Assembly (NCBI RefSeq): GCF_001194135.2
Contig: NC_069000.1
Coordinates: forward strand, 29,931,582-29,995,581
Source: Octopus bimaculoides
Taxonomy: Eukaryota
Direction of reading: 5' to 3'
DNA: 64,000 bases
A model generated the notes under the pieces. That model was given only the letters and a program-made list of their open reading frames with translations, ran no database searches and was not told the DNA's origin. Both the position numbers and the translations under genes were made by a program. Below, one piece after another: positions 53,320 to 64,000 of this stretch. Numbering within the stretch: the first letter of the stretch is position 1; every line of letters starts with the position of its first letter.

Positions 53320-53345
<26 letters not shown>
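52905..53345. repeat. Compound (TA)n/(CA)n minisatellite-like tract with a recurring cacattatatata unit; contains an N-gap
   Basis: Seen directly in the sequence. Confidence 0.9.
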
Positions 53346-53350
<5 letters not shown>

Positions 53351-53399
53351 CAGAGTAGAGGAAATTGAAAACACAAATCACAGGCAGTCAAACAGATTA

Positions 53400-54590
53400 C
53401 CGAACGTATAAATGAAGATATTCAATCAATGTAATTGAATCATATTTATACTCATCAACATAAATCATGCATGTAGAGGCATAAAGATTCTCCAAGGTAT
53501 AAGGAATAAAACTAAACATACATAAAAATACATATAAAATTACATATAAATAAAGATTACATGTGAAGAGTCATGCATGATAAATATAGGAGGTGCAAAA
53601 CGAATGAGAGGTTAATAAATATCAGAATAAAAACGTCAACCATCAAAATTGCAAACAACCTAAATCGTCTAAAGATTCCTTATACATCTAGGATATGATA
53701 GAAATGACACAAAATTTCAAAGTTAAGGAAAATAAAATAGGATCCAAAAATAGGAGGGTGCTCCATCTACGCCCATTTCAGAGGTACATTACCAGTCATG
53801 GTTAAAAATATACGCAATGTCCCCATCATCAGGATATGTTCTCCTTGGTGGCTGCCATCGTACAAAAAGCAGAATCAAGAGTTCCTAATGAAATGTTTTA
53901 CAGCTCATATGCAAATGATCCCATGTTTTCTATGAGTGGAAGAATACAGATACCTGGGAATCATAATTATAACTACAACCATTATTCTAATTCAATTCCC
54001 TTGTAGATCTAATTTTATAGGTTTTTAGAAATGTAGAGTGAAATTTATGGCTACAGGAGGGGATTGTGTCTGAAAACTTATTTAACACATTAGCATTATA
54101 TAATTTAAGGATTATATATGATTCCCTGACACACAATGTACACCTATCAGAATCATTACCATATGGGGGAGCCCTCACAATTATGGACCATGTCAGGTCA
54201 TAAGGAAAGTTACTATCCCTAAGTTTATTTATATATGCTGCTAAGGTAGTGGAGTTCTTATACTTGGGATTTTGAAAAGGAATTCAGATGGGTCCTATAT
54301 CTCCTTTTGAAATCTATCATACTACCTATATATATCTTGTTTTGTCTATTGGGTATGCTAACTATACATTTATACACCACATTATATTGAAGACATGATC
54401 CTGCAAGTGGACAGATTTTGGGGGTTCTACAGTTACAAATTTTATTCAGTGGCAACCTACTATTAATGTTCTTATTTATATTGCTAACATTATTAATATC
54501 ATTAGATTGGGATATGGTACCTGATTCATTAAAGTTTGATTATCATTTGTTACATTAGTATTTGGGGTTGACACCTTAACTTTACTGTTA
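53400..54590 (-). mobile_element. 5'-truncated Penelope-like retroelement: GIY-YIG endonuclease and 3' region
   Basis: CNCRTPKICPLAGSCLQYNVVYKC...KIYIGS..DFKRRYRTHLNSF; then NSTTLAAYI..L.D...YDLTWSIIVRAPPYGNDSDRCTLCVRESYII...SCSH. This is the typical PLE Cys-rich plus GIY-YIG signature. Confidence 0.88.
53763..53837 (-). ncRNA. Type I minimal hammerhead ribozyme candidate with an intact catalytic core
   Basis: Minus strand: AUAUC CUGAUGA U GGGGACAUUGC...GUAAUGUACCUCU GAAA UGGGC GUA GAUGG. Stem I is UAUC/GAUG, stem II is ~11 bp with a bulge, stem III is short, and the triplet is GUA. It lies ~150 nt 3' of the GIY-YIG stop. Confidence 0.72.
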
Positions 54591-54875
54591 TTTCCACACT
54601 GTAAAGTCGCTGGCATTTGGAAGGGCATCCAGCTGTAAAAATCATGCCAAAACAGACACAGAAACATGGTGCTGGCCAGCTCCTGTCAAACCGTCCAACC
54701 CATGCCAGCATGGAAGGAGAACATTAAACAATGATGATGATGCCGATATGGGTTGGACAGTTTAACAGGAGCTGGCCAGACAGGAGCCAGCATCATGTTT
54801 CTGTGCCTGTTTTGGCATGGTTTTCACAGCTGGATGCCCTTCCAAATGCCAGCGACTTTACAAGTGTAGAAATAA
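54588..54875. repeat. Long inverted repeat (foldback) made of an RTE 3'-end fragment plus flank
   Basis: Arms 54596-54703 and 54748-54867 differ by 6 transitions, one 1-nt indel and one 11-nt indel, and include a 36-bp perfect run. The flanks ttatttcc/agaaataa also pair. Confidence 0.92.
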
Positions 54876-55864
54876 GGGTAANNNNNNNNNNNNNNNNNNN
54901 NNNNNNNNNNNNNNNNNNNNNNNNNNNNNNNNNNNNNNNNNNNNNNNNNNNNNNNNNNNNNNNNNNNNNNNNNNNNNNNNNNNNNNNNNNNNNNNNNNNN
55001 NNNNNNNNNNNNNNNNNNNNNNNNNNNNNNNNNNNNNNNNNNNNNNNNNNNNNNNNNNNNNNNNNNNNTATATATATATATATATATAATATAAATATAA
55101 TATAATATATATATATATATATATAATATATATATATATATATAATATATATAGTTGAGTATTTAGCCTAATAACCCCTACCAAGTCTGCATCTGCTGCC
55201 TTCCTTCAGTCTCTCAACACCCTCCCTTCTAGTGATACGACTCTGCTACTTATCTAACTAAATCTACAATCATACTTTTGTTTCCTTCACCCACTCATCC
55301 TAGTTTTTCTTCTGTCTCCCCTATTTGCTTACTTGGTTACATTGCCTTGAGCAGATTGACATGCCATAGAGTAGTGAGCACTTTCAGTCTTGTTGAGTCC
55401 AAGGTAAACTCACTCATGTTGATACTACAATAAAATACATCCAGTATATTCTGTAAAGTGGATTGGAAAATGATCAAAGACAAAATGAAGTCAAGAGAAC
55501 TATATATTCTTGTCAAGGATATGACAATTCTAATGTTGATACCATGATAAAATGCAGCCATTATTACACTTTGTAAAATGGTTGGTGTTAAGAAGGGCAT
55601 CCAACTGAAGAAAAAATGTATGATCAAGTCAAGATCTCCTGACCTATCTGAATATAAATGTTTTTTTTTTCTTTCTGAAGGAGCATGTAATATCACTGCA
55701 GACACTCCAAAATACAAGTTTCAAGATAAAGGATTTGCTGAAATCTAATTAATTTTAATACAACCATGAAATGAATCATTTGTTAAAATCATATTGCAGT
55801 TTGTCAAGGAACTTAGAGATTAATAAATCTCACTTTTCTCAGACAGACAAACAGAAAGATAAGA

Positions 55865-56191
55865 CCAACACTAGTACTACTACAGCAACAAGAAAGTGGC
55901 ACTATCACTCGTCTACATTTATTTATACACACAGTGGTTATTCTAATGTCTAAATCTATCAAAGCATGTATTCCATAAAAAAAAACAAAAAAAACACTGA
56001 TAACAGAAGGACAAATAAAAACATTAGAGTTATATTGTTTTTAACTTTAAATTTAGAAAGGCTGCAGTTTAAATAATTGAAATAACCACTGTGTGTATAA
56101 ATAAGCATGGACTTTTTAGATAAAGTATATAAGTACAATGGTGGTGGTGGTGGTTGCACGTTAGTCGGTGATGCTGTAGTACTAGTGTTGG
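55865..56191. repeat. Two-block inverted repeat in non-TE-looking sequence
   Basis: 55919-55942 is the exact reverse complement of 56081-56104 (24 bp). 55865-55887 matches 56172-56191 apart from a 3-nt indel. Confidence 0.85.
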
Positions 56192-58684
56192 CATTGTGTA
56201 GGTGTGGAGCTGCTAGACAACTGGTGTGGTGAGTGTCGGAGTGTACATGAAGTTGTGTACTGTTGCTGATTGTGATGGCGTTGTCTATATTTGAGGGTAT
56301 TGCTGCAAGTCCAGTAACAGTGGTAGTCTGCATGGGTTTTTATGCACACATGAACATCTGTGTACAAATATACAGGTAGCACAACAACACACACTAGCAT
56401 TGCCATTATTACCATTGCAACATGTACCCCAACATTCACAGAATTAAAACCATTACCACAGTGCATGTACATAGAACATCATTACCACCAATACAACCAC
56501 CACCACCACCACCACAACAACAACAATCCTCAAATACCAGACAATTGTTCTGCTGCTCCATCAACCACTTTAGCATCACTATGGTAACAGTGAAAATATT
56601 CTACCAGCATTTAAGGGGTATGAGGGGAGAAGACACACATTCCAGTAGATATTTGGCAGAAGTACAGGTGATGGTAATGGTTGAGTATTGGCATGGTAGT
56701 GCTGTTTCACTGGTGGAGTCAGTATGGTCATAATGTGTTGTTGTTTAGCCAGTGGTTAGAGCATTGGGCTCACAATCATGAGGTAGTGAATGAGATACCT
56801 GGACTGGGCTCTGTGCTTTGTTCTTGAGCAATTCCCTTTATTTCACGTTGCTCCAGTTCACTCATCTGTAGAAATGAGTTGTGATGTCACTTGTGCCAAG
56901 CTGTATCAGCCTTTACCTTTCTCTTGAATAACATCAATGGTATGGAAAGGGGGGGCTGGTATGCACAGGTGACTGCTGGTCTTCCCTAAACAACCTTTGC
57001 CCAGACTTGTGCTCTGAGGGTAACTTTCTAGGTGCAATCCCATGGGCATTCATGACCCCGGGGGGAGGGGGTATTTACCCTTGTTTAGCCCTAGGCCAGT
57101 CTATGGTCAAAGTTATGGTAACCATGACCATCCCATCATTTATTCAGGTAAAAAAAAATATATACCACAGCCTAAGGAAACTAGTGATGGTTTGTATCTG
57201 TAAAAGTTATACACATGGAAGAAGGATCTGAAATTTCAGAATTGGCTCTTTGTCTGAGACAAAAGAATTTAAAAACATTTTTTCTTGTCGAATTCACAAA
57301 TACTACACTTTTTATTCTGACATCCAAAATATGTTTTCCTTTTTCTAACCCTTTAGCATTTACACTGGCCATATCTGGCCCAAATATTCTGCCTGCTTTA
57401 TGTTCAAAGTGGTCAGATCCAGCCTCTCACAACTACCCTACAATGTCATTCTAAAAATAAACAACCACATCTTTGAAATTTCAAAGCTATGAGATAATAC
57501 AGGAATAATTTTATAAAATGTGATTATGTAAGTAATACATTTGACAAAGTAATCTCAATGCTAAGAGGATAAGCCAGCTACATCTAGCTTCTTACACCTA
57601 TCCTACAATGCCATTCTAAAAATAAGCATCGAAAACTTGATGCTACAAGATAATGCATGATTAATTCAAAACAATGAGAATAAATAAGCGTCACATTTGA
57701 CAGAATAATCAGAATGCTAAAGATTAAGATTATCCTATCATTAATGAATTTATATCAAGGATGCTTTTTAAGAGTATTGAATTGATTTCACTAATTGACT
57801 GGTACTTTGTATTATTGTTCTTGCAAAGATGAAGGGCTAAGTTAGAGTTTAGACTGTGAAGGTCTATAACTAAATACCTCAGCTATTTTGTCCAGTACCA
57901 GGGGTTGTAGCTAATAGAAGCAAAAAGAGTGACCACTCCTCACGAGCACATTTTTCAAAATTGGTGTTTTTTCAAAAATTTATTTTTTAACTCTTTAGTT
58001 CATTCGAGCAATAAAAACTGAATCTCTTTCTCTTGACACTGGACAATCCCCATGGAGTTTCATCTTTTTCATGTCACATCTATATCAAAGGTTGTAAGTT
58101 TCACATATAATGATATTGTTACTGAAACATGAAATTAATGAATGTAGAAAACAATTATGCATATTATAACTAGTGAAATATTTCGCATAATATAAGAGAA
58201 ATGAGTTAAAAATTGTTTGGTATGTGTCATAGCACCTTTTTTTATGTGCTCACTCCCACTAACTTTAGAACTTAGCAACACCCCTCCCCAGCACTGTGAT
58301 GATTCTTCCATTCTACTGCCTAAATTTGGTTTATTACCTATTTTCACCCAAAATTCAATTGTTTAAAAAAAGAGGCTTATTTGTATTAACATTCAGTTCA
58401 TTTAAATAGTAAAACATATTCATGTATCAAAGGTGAACAAATTTGTCATGGCTTTAGTCATGAATATAAATGAAATTTAAACAAAATAATTGTACTAAAT
58501 GTGACTTTTGCTGTTTATTTATACTTTCAACAATTCTTTAACCCAAGAGCCCAGAGTAGTCTCACTATGTCCAGTTCAAACTCCACCAATATTAGGAGAT
58601 TAAGAAAAGACACTATCAATAACATAAAGATGCGAATGTATACAGATATGGTATCAAAAAGTTCTTGGAGTAGTTATGTTTACG

Positions 58685-59240
58685 GAGACATGTAGATTTG
58701 TGCTGCATCCAAGCAGTAAGGTGGAGAGGAAGTTCTGCTAGGTTACTCACAGGTAAAGAACATAAGTATAATATTTTCTGGGTAGGGAACACTGATGGAG
58801 CTGGTGTTGTGGGTATACTCCTTGCGGAGAAATGGGTTGATAAGGTAATCAAGGGAGTCAGAGTCTTGATAGAATACTTAAGCTTAGATTAGTGCTACAA
58901 CATGGATTAGCAACCATTATCTCAGCTTATGTCCTTCAGCCAGGGTTACCTGATAAACAGAAAGACCAATTTTATGACACCCTCTTGTAGACTACCTCAT
59001 CAACGAATGACAGGGACCTTCTCTTTGTGGCTGGTGACTTCAATGGGCATGTTGGATAACATGCAAGGGACTTGCATGATGTACATGGTGGTTATAGATT
59101 TGGTTCCCACAATGAGGAAGGAACCAAGCTGCTGGAGTTCTGTGATGCAAATGATCTTATAGTTTGTAATACTAACTTCAGGAAACCTGCCAGTCACCTA
59201 TTCACCTACTGGTCTGGTGGCATACGAGTCAGATTGACTA
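58685..59240 (+). mobile_element. RTE LINE apurinic-type endonuclease fragment (frameshifted)
   Basis: CCIQAVRWRGSSARLLTGKEHKY.IFWVGN...GILLAEKWVDKV; FVAGDFNGHVG; NEEGTKLLEFCDANDLIVCNTNFRKP..HLFTY; SQIDYI. Confidence 0.92.
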
Positions 59241-59286
59241 CATCTACTATCAGTAGATTTTGTAAATTGAAACAAGCCCATTGTGC

Positions 59287-59346
<60 letters not shown>

Positions 59347-61491
59347 NNNNNNNNNNNNNNNNNNNNNNNNNNAGAATATGTGTGTGTGAATGTGTTTCTT
59401 TGTGTCTGTGCCCCACCACTGCTTGACAACCAGTGTTAGTGTGCTTACATCCTTGTAACTTAGTGGTTTGGCAAAAAGAGACTGATAACCAGGCTTAAAA
59501 AAATTACTGGGGTTGCTTTGTTTGACTAAAATTCTTCAAGGCAGTACCCCAGCATGGTCGCAGTCTAATGACTAAAACAAGTAAAAGATAAAAGATATAA
59601 ATACACACACATACAAAACAGTAATGGAAATGTTAATTGATTACCCCCATTAACAGCAGGTCAAAAGTTCTGCCACCACCAACACCACTGCCAGATCAAA
59701 GGTTACCTTGTTATAATCAAAAACCAAGATATGTTGAATAGTGTATCAAAAACAAGAACAGTGGAAGGTAGAATCCTTAGGGAACTGGACATAGTTCTTT
59801 ACAAAACTCAGATGTGATCTTTTACATTCTGTGTTCAATTCTCACTACTACCTTTCATCTTGTCGGTAGTGGGGCATCATTCAAATAAATACCAGTAGTT
59901 GTAGTTTAGCTGCAGGTCAACTCTGACTGGGCAGGCTTATGACTCAACTCTTACACATTTAAACCAACCATATCTGGCCCGAATATTCTGCTTTATGTTC
60001 AAACTGACCAGATCCATCCTCTCACACTTATCTTGCAATGCGATTCTAGAAACAGACATTCACATTGAAATCTTGAAGCTACAAGATTGTGGATAATTAA
60101 TTCAAAACAATGTGAATAAATAAGCATTACATGTGACAGAGTAATCTATTCAGATTACTCTAAAGGGTTAATGCATTCCAGTGATACCTCATGCCTTTCT
60201 TTTAGATATAATGTATGTAAAATTATTAACCAATGTGTCCTTCCTTATTCAAGATGACAAAGTAAGACCTGGCAGCCTCTTCCAACATTGAGCAAGCATG
60301 TCAAGATTCCTATATTGAAAGATATTTTTTGCCAGCTGGCAAAAATAAGTCGTATTTGTATTTCAAAAGGCCACCCATGTCACGTTCTGTGTCATGCTGA
60401 ATCTCCCTGAGAACTATGTTAAGGGTACTCATATCTGTGGAGTGCTCAGCCACTCATATGTTAATTTCATAAACCGGTTGTCCCAATGACTGGATCAACT
60501 GGAACCCTCATCATCATAACTGATGGTGTGCCAGATTGAAAGATATTTTAAAACGGTTTATTAAAGGAAAAATGTATGATTCTATGCATTCAAATATAAT
60601 GCTGTGACAGTGTACTGGAATAAAGCATGAAGCCGTAAATTTATCCTCTATAAACTACATTACACAGATAATGTATTCTCTTCTTTCACATAAACTGTGT
60701 AAGATGTTTGTATGTTGGTCAAGACAATTACCACACAGTATGTAAAACTCATATTTTTCACTATGATATTTTGTGTTATCAGTTATCAAGGTGGTGCACC
60801 ACTGCTATGCTTTTGTTGTCATCCACTCATTGCAAATAGCTGATCAGCAGATGAAAGTTTAACATTCCTTTCATCTTTCTCAGAGAATTTCATTTAGATA
60901 ACTAAAACAATGTTTCTTAAAGGTAGAACAGTCATTAAATAATGTAAGACATGCATCAAGTGTGGGTTATGTATGCAGAGAAAGAAGATATAATGACCTC
61001 TCCACATAACTTCCAACATACCATAAGCAATTTTTCTTAAGTTAATGCAAACATACTGTGATAGTTTGGCTTGTTTTCAATATTCTATTATTAGTAACAA
61101 TTATTGTGCCTAGTGGATTTATGCTTTTCCAGCTCCCTACCCTACAACACTTTGTCTTCCATCCAATATATACAGCTGCATTAGAATCAGGGCAATTTTT
61201 GGTTACATTTAAAATTACAACCCCCCCTCCCCATCTTACACACCAGCAAAAATGGTATGTGTTTATCTTATTTTTCTTTCTCTTTTTACATGTTTCAGTC
61301 ATCAGACTGTAACCATGCAATCATACCACCTTGAAAGGTTGAAAATGGACCCCAGCACTGTTAAGTCTGATACTTATTCTAGCAGTCCCCTTTGCTGAAC
61401 CACTAAGTTATAGAGACATAAATGAACCAACACTGGCTATCAAGGAATAGTGTAGAACAAACATAAAGACACATGTATGTGAGTGTGTATA

Positions 61492-62575
61492 CAGGGTGCG
61501 TAAAATACTTGAGGACAGATTTATGCTTATAAAAAAACATATATAATAACAGATAAGTTTATTTATCAGAAAATGCTATGAGGATAAAAATAAACCTTTT
61601 CTATAATGTTATTCAATAAAGCCACCTTCAGCTTCAACAACTGCTTCTATATGAGATCTAAATAATCTACATGCTCGAATCAAGTGGTCCTGGTTCATTT
61701 TGAACATTACTCTGAGTATGGCAGCTTTCAAAGAATCTTTGGTGTTATGGGCATGTTCATTGACCTCTCTCAACAATGCTCCACATATGATAGTCCAATG
61801 GACTGAGATCTGGGGAATTAGGAGGACAAATGTTAGGGGCTATGTGATTATGAAAATTTTCAACCATCCATTCCTGTGTTACTAGAGCCATGTGTTATAT
61901 TGCAGAGTTTCACTGAAACACACATGGCCTTCCGTTGCATACACTGTCTATCCAGAGCTTAACAATTATTTCCAGGACCTCAATGTAGGCAGCAGAGTTA
62001 ACTTTAAGGCCTTGTGGAAAGAAGTAAGGAGGGATCACATGTCCTTCACTGCTGACAACCCCTAAAACCATGACAGTTTCAGGATATTTTGTATGCATAA
62101 CACTTGGAACTTCAGAAGGGTCTGAACATAACCATCTGTCATCTCTTCTCTTAACTTTTTGATCTTGGTCGAAGTTTTGCTCGTTTGAGGAAAACCAAAT
62201 CAAATCTTCTGCTGGATTTTTCAATTTGTTTATGAGCCTTTTAGATGTAGTGATGTAGTGATTTTCTCTTGCTTTTTCTGATAAATTGACTTTTCTTCAT
62301 CATATAAGACATGTCTGATGTCTTTGTGAACAACATTTCTGACTGCTCCTTCTGACACATGGAGATCTTTTGCAACTGACCTCATGGACTTTCTGGGATT
62401 GTAATCAATGGTCTGTTGAACTTGCTGGATAAATTCAGGTGTTCTGATGATTTCAGAGTATTTAAAATGCTTTTTATGCTTTGATACTGGTGACATGTTT
62501 CCATCTTCAGTCTCTAGCTCCTTACAAACTTTGTAGACGAAAGATCTGGCAACTTTTAAAATATAAAGGACCACC
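61492..62575 (-). mobile_element. maT/DD37D Tc1/mariner element, truncated and disabled
   Basis: KVARSFVYKVCKEL...; WFSSNEQNFDQDQKV; FQ*NSA...PNSPDLSPLDY with 37 residues between the last two catalytic positions; TA|CAGGGTG terminus at 61490-61498. Confidence 0.88.
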
Positions 62576-62754
62576 TGGATTTACCTAGGATTTTAACTAA
62601 GGAGCTGTACCTTCATGGAAGTACCAACCAACATCCATATTCTCTGGAAAAAGATGGGTTGTAAACATTATTCTCCTAACTACCTTTACTCTTTATTCTT
62701 CTATCTTATTCCTTGTAAACTGTAAATTTTCCTTGTCTAAAATATTCATACCTT

Positions 62755-62830
62755 GTCTCTGATGACAGAATACCCAGTCTGTGGACATATTAACCTACCA
62801 CTGGAGTTATCCCAGAAATGGCTGTAAAAC
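62755..62830 (+). ncRNA. Hammerhead-like motif in a probable Penelope pLTR relic
   Basis: gtct CTGATGA ...ccactggagttatccca GAAA tggct GTA aaac. The core is intact; stems I and II are partly mismatched. Confidence 0.5.
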
Positions 62831-62906
62831 TTCAAATTCACCTCACCCTAATTAAATTATTCTAAATGACTTGAGATGCTCATTCTACTTTGGCTTTGAT
62901 TTTTCC

Positions 62907-62988
<82 letters not shown>

Positions 62989-63299
62989 ATGTATGTATGT
63001 ATGTATGTATCAAGTAATCAAGATTGAAACAAGACAAGAGGAAAACAAAGGCATCAAACTACCAGGTAAACTGTTATGACACACAGGTTCACAAAGATGC
63101 ACCAAAGAAAGGGGCCATTCAACAAAACTGCCACCAACCTCAATGACAGCTCCAATGCAGCCATATAAGTAACTGCTGTATGCTATGATCAGGTAGTCCC
63201 AACCTATGCCACTCACAATGGCAGCTCCACCACCACCACCACTGCCAATAACAGCAGTCCAGGAAGCTAAAATCAAGAGACTGATGAAATTACATGACT

Positions 63300-63650
63300 A
63301 TATCTCGCATTTGTACTTAATGTCCTAATATATCACACATCTGATAGTGGACTGTTACATTCAGCTGTTTGGTGATGGCTACCATCAATTTACTGTGGTT
63401 GTTGATGATGTCCTAGACCTGAGAGACAAATATGCCTAACTTGATGATGTCTGACCACCGAGAATATCTCTTCCTCTTGGTTATGGATGATATTCACTAC
63501 CTGAGGATTACCAACTCTTTCCCAAACCTGAACACAAAGGACCCGGCCACATTTAGAAGCTGACAATCTCTGAGTCAATGTGGTTGAAAGCTAAAGCCAC
63601 AAGCACTGTGTGCCTTCTTTCTTGTGTCAGATAGGAATCTGCTATATTGA
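63300..63650 (-). mobile_element. Second maT/DD37D relic (N-terminal HTH region)
   Basis: TQERRHTVLVALAFNHIDSEIVSF/LNVAGSFVF...KRKRYSRWSDII...QV*DIINN..K.MVAITKQLNV, homologous to the N-terminal region of the 61492 element. Confidence 0.65.
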
Positions 63651-63963
63651 GGCAGTTGATATGTCTGAAAGAGAAATGAGAACATTGAAATTTGGCAGCT
63701 TTCATGTAACATTATGTCATCATTCATTTGTAACCAGAGTTTGTTCAGAATACCTTGCTCATCCTGTATATGTATACTTACAAACATAGAATGTTTTTGT
63801 GGTTAAGAAGTTTGTTTCAAAACCATATGGTTTCAAGTTCAGTCCCATTCTGTAGCATCTAGAAAGCATTCTCTACTTTAGTCCTGGCTAACCAATGCCT
63901 AATGAGTGAATTTAATTGACAGAAGCTGTGCAGAAGGGTGTGTATATATATATATATATATAC

Positions 63964-64000
<37 letters not shown>

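Larger units (their letters stand above)
5436..64000 (-). other. Probable single very long intron upstream of the kinesin exon
   Basis: A manual scan of minus-strand donor/acceptor pairs found no exon encoding the preceding motor segment or the VxVAVRVRP start. An exon could lie in an N-gap. Confidence 0.5.

Noticed and set aside
57181-57372. ORF starting MASV..., like a kinesin-3 N-terminus
   Set aside because: The start lies inside a piggyBac MITE and there is no VAVRVRP motif.
62752-62821. 70-nt minus-strand segment with ttttacag/gtatga splice-like ends, the length and phase expected of the missing upstream kinesin exon, ending in a Lys codon (HFWDNSSGRLICPQTGYSVIRDK)
   Set aside because: The peptide lacks the kinesin-3 pattern (E...II.M.G..T.I) and is the antisense of a hammerhead/pLTR relic, so it is probably coincidence. 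RNA-seq junctions would settle it.
1-64000. CRISPR arrays, rRNA or bona fide tRNA genes
   Set aside because: None seen. The tRNA-like A/B boxes belong to SINE heads, and the regularly spaced repeats are SINE arrays.

Overview
AT-rich, microsatellite- and repeat-dense eukaryotic DNA from a gapped short-read assembly (9 N-runs). The repeat repertoire (tRNA-derived SINEs, RTE LINEs with (GAT)n tails, TTAA MITEs) looks like an octopod cephalopod; that assignment is inferred. I find one convincing host-gene exon: a 117-nt minus-strand kinesin-3 motor-domain exon at 5319-5435 (VDSQPEYGDSRERVKTFTFDYCYDSSGPPNMPGYASQQL), best matching STARD9/KIF16A. The rest appears to be intron. The neighbouring exons were not found, so the upstream intron is over 58 kb unless an exon lies in a gap. 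The intron holds relics of about four Tc1/mariner families, including a full-length DD36E copy with perfect 27-bp TIRs. It also holds RTE, R4/Dong-type and CR1-like LINE fragments, Penelope-like (GIY-YIG) elements, three SINE families, and piggyBac- and hAT-type MITEs. The most notable structures are four hammerhead-ribozyme motifs, one with an intact core on the host pre-mRNA strand just downstream of the Penelope GIY-YIG ORF. Also notable are a ~110-bp near-perfect foldback hairpin at that element's 5' junction, co-oriented SINE arrays threaded on (AAT)n tracts, and a probable haplotype-specific SINE insertion. Most ORFs in the supplied track are microsatellite, SINE or gap artefacts. Repeat boundaries are read by eye and are approximate (about +/-20 nt) unless TIRs or TSDs are quoted.
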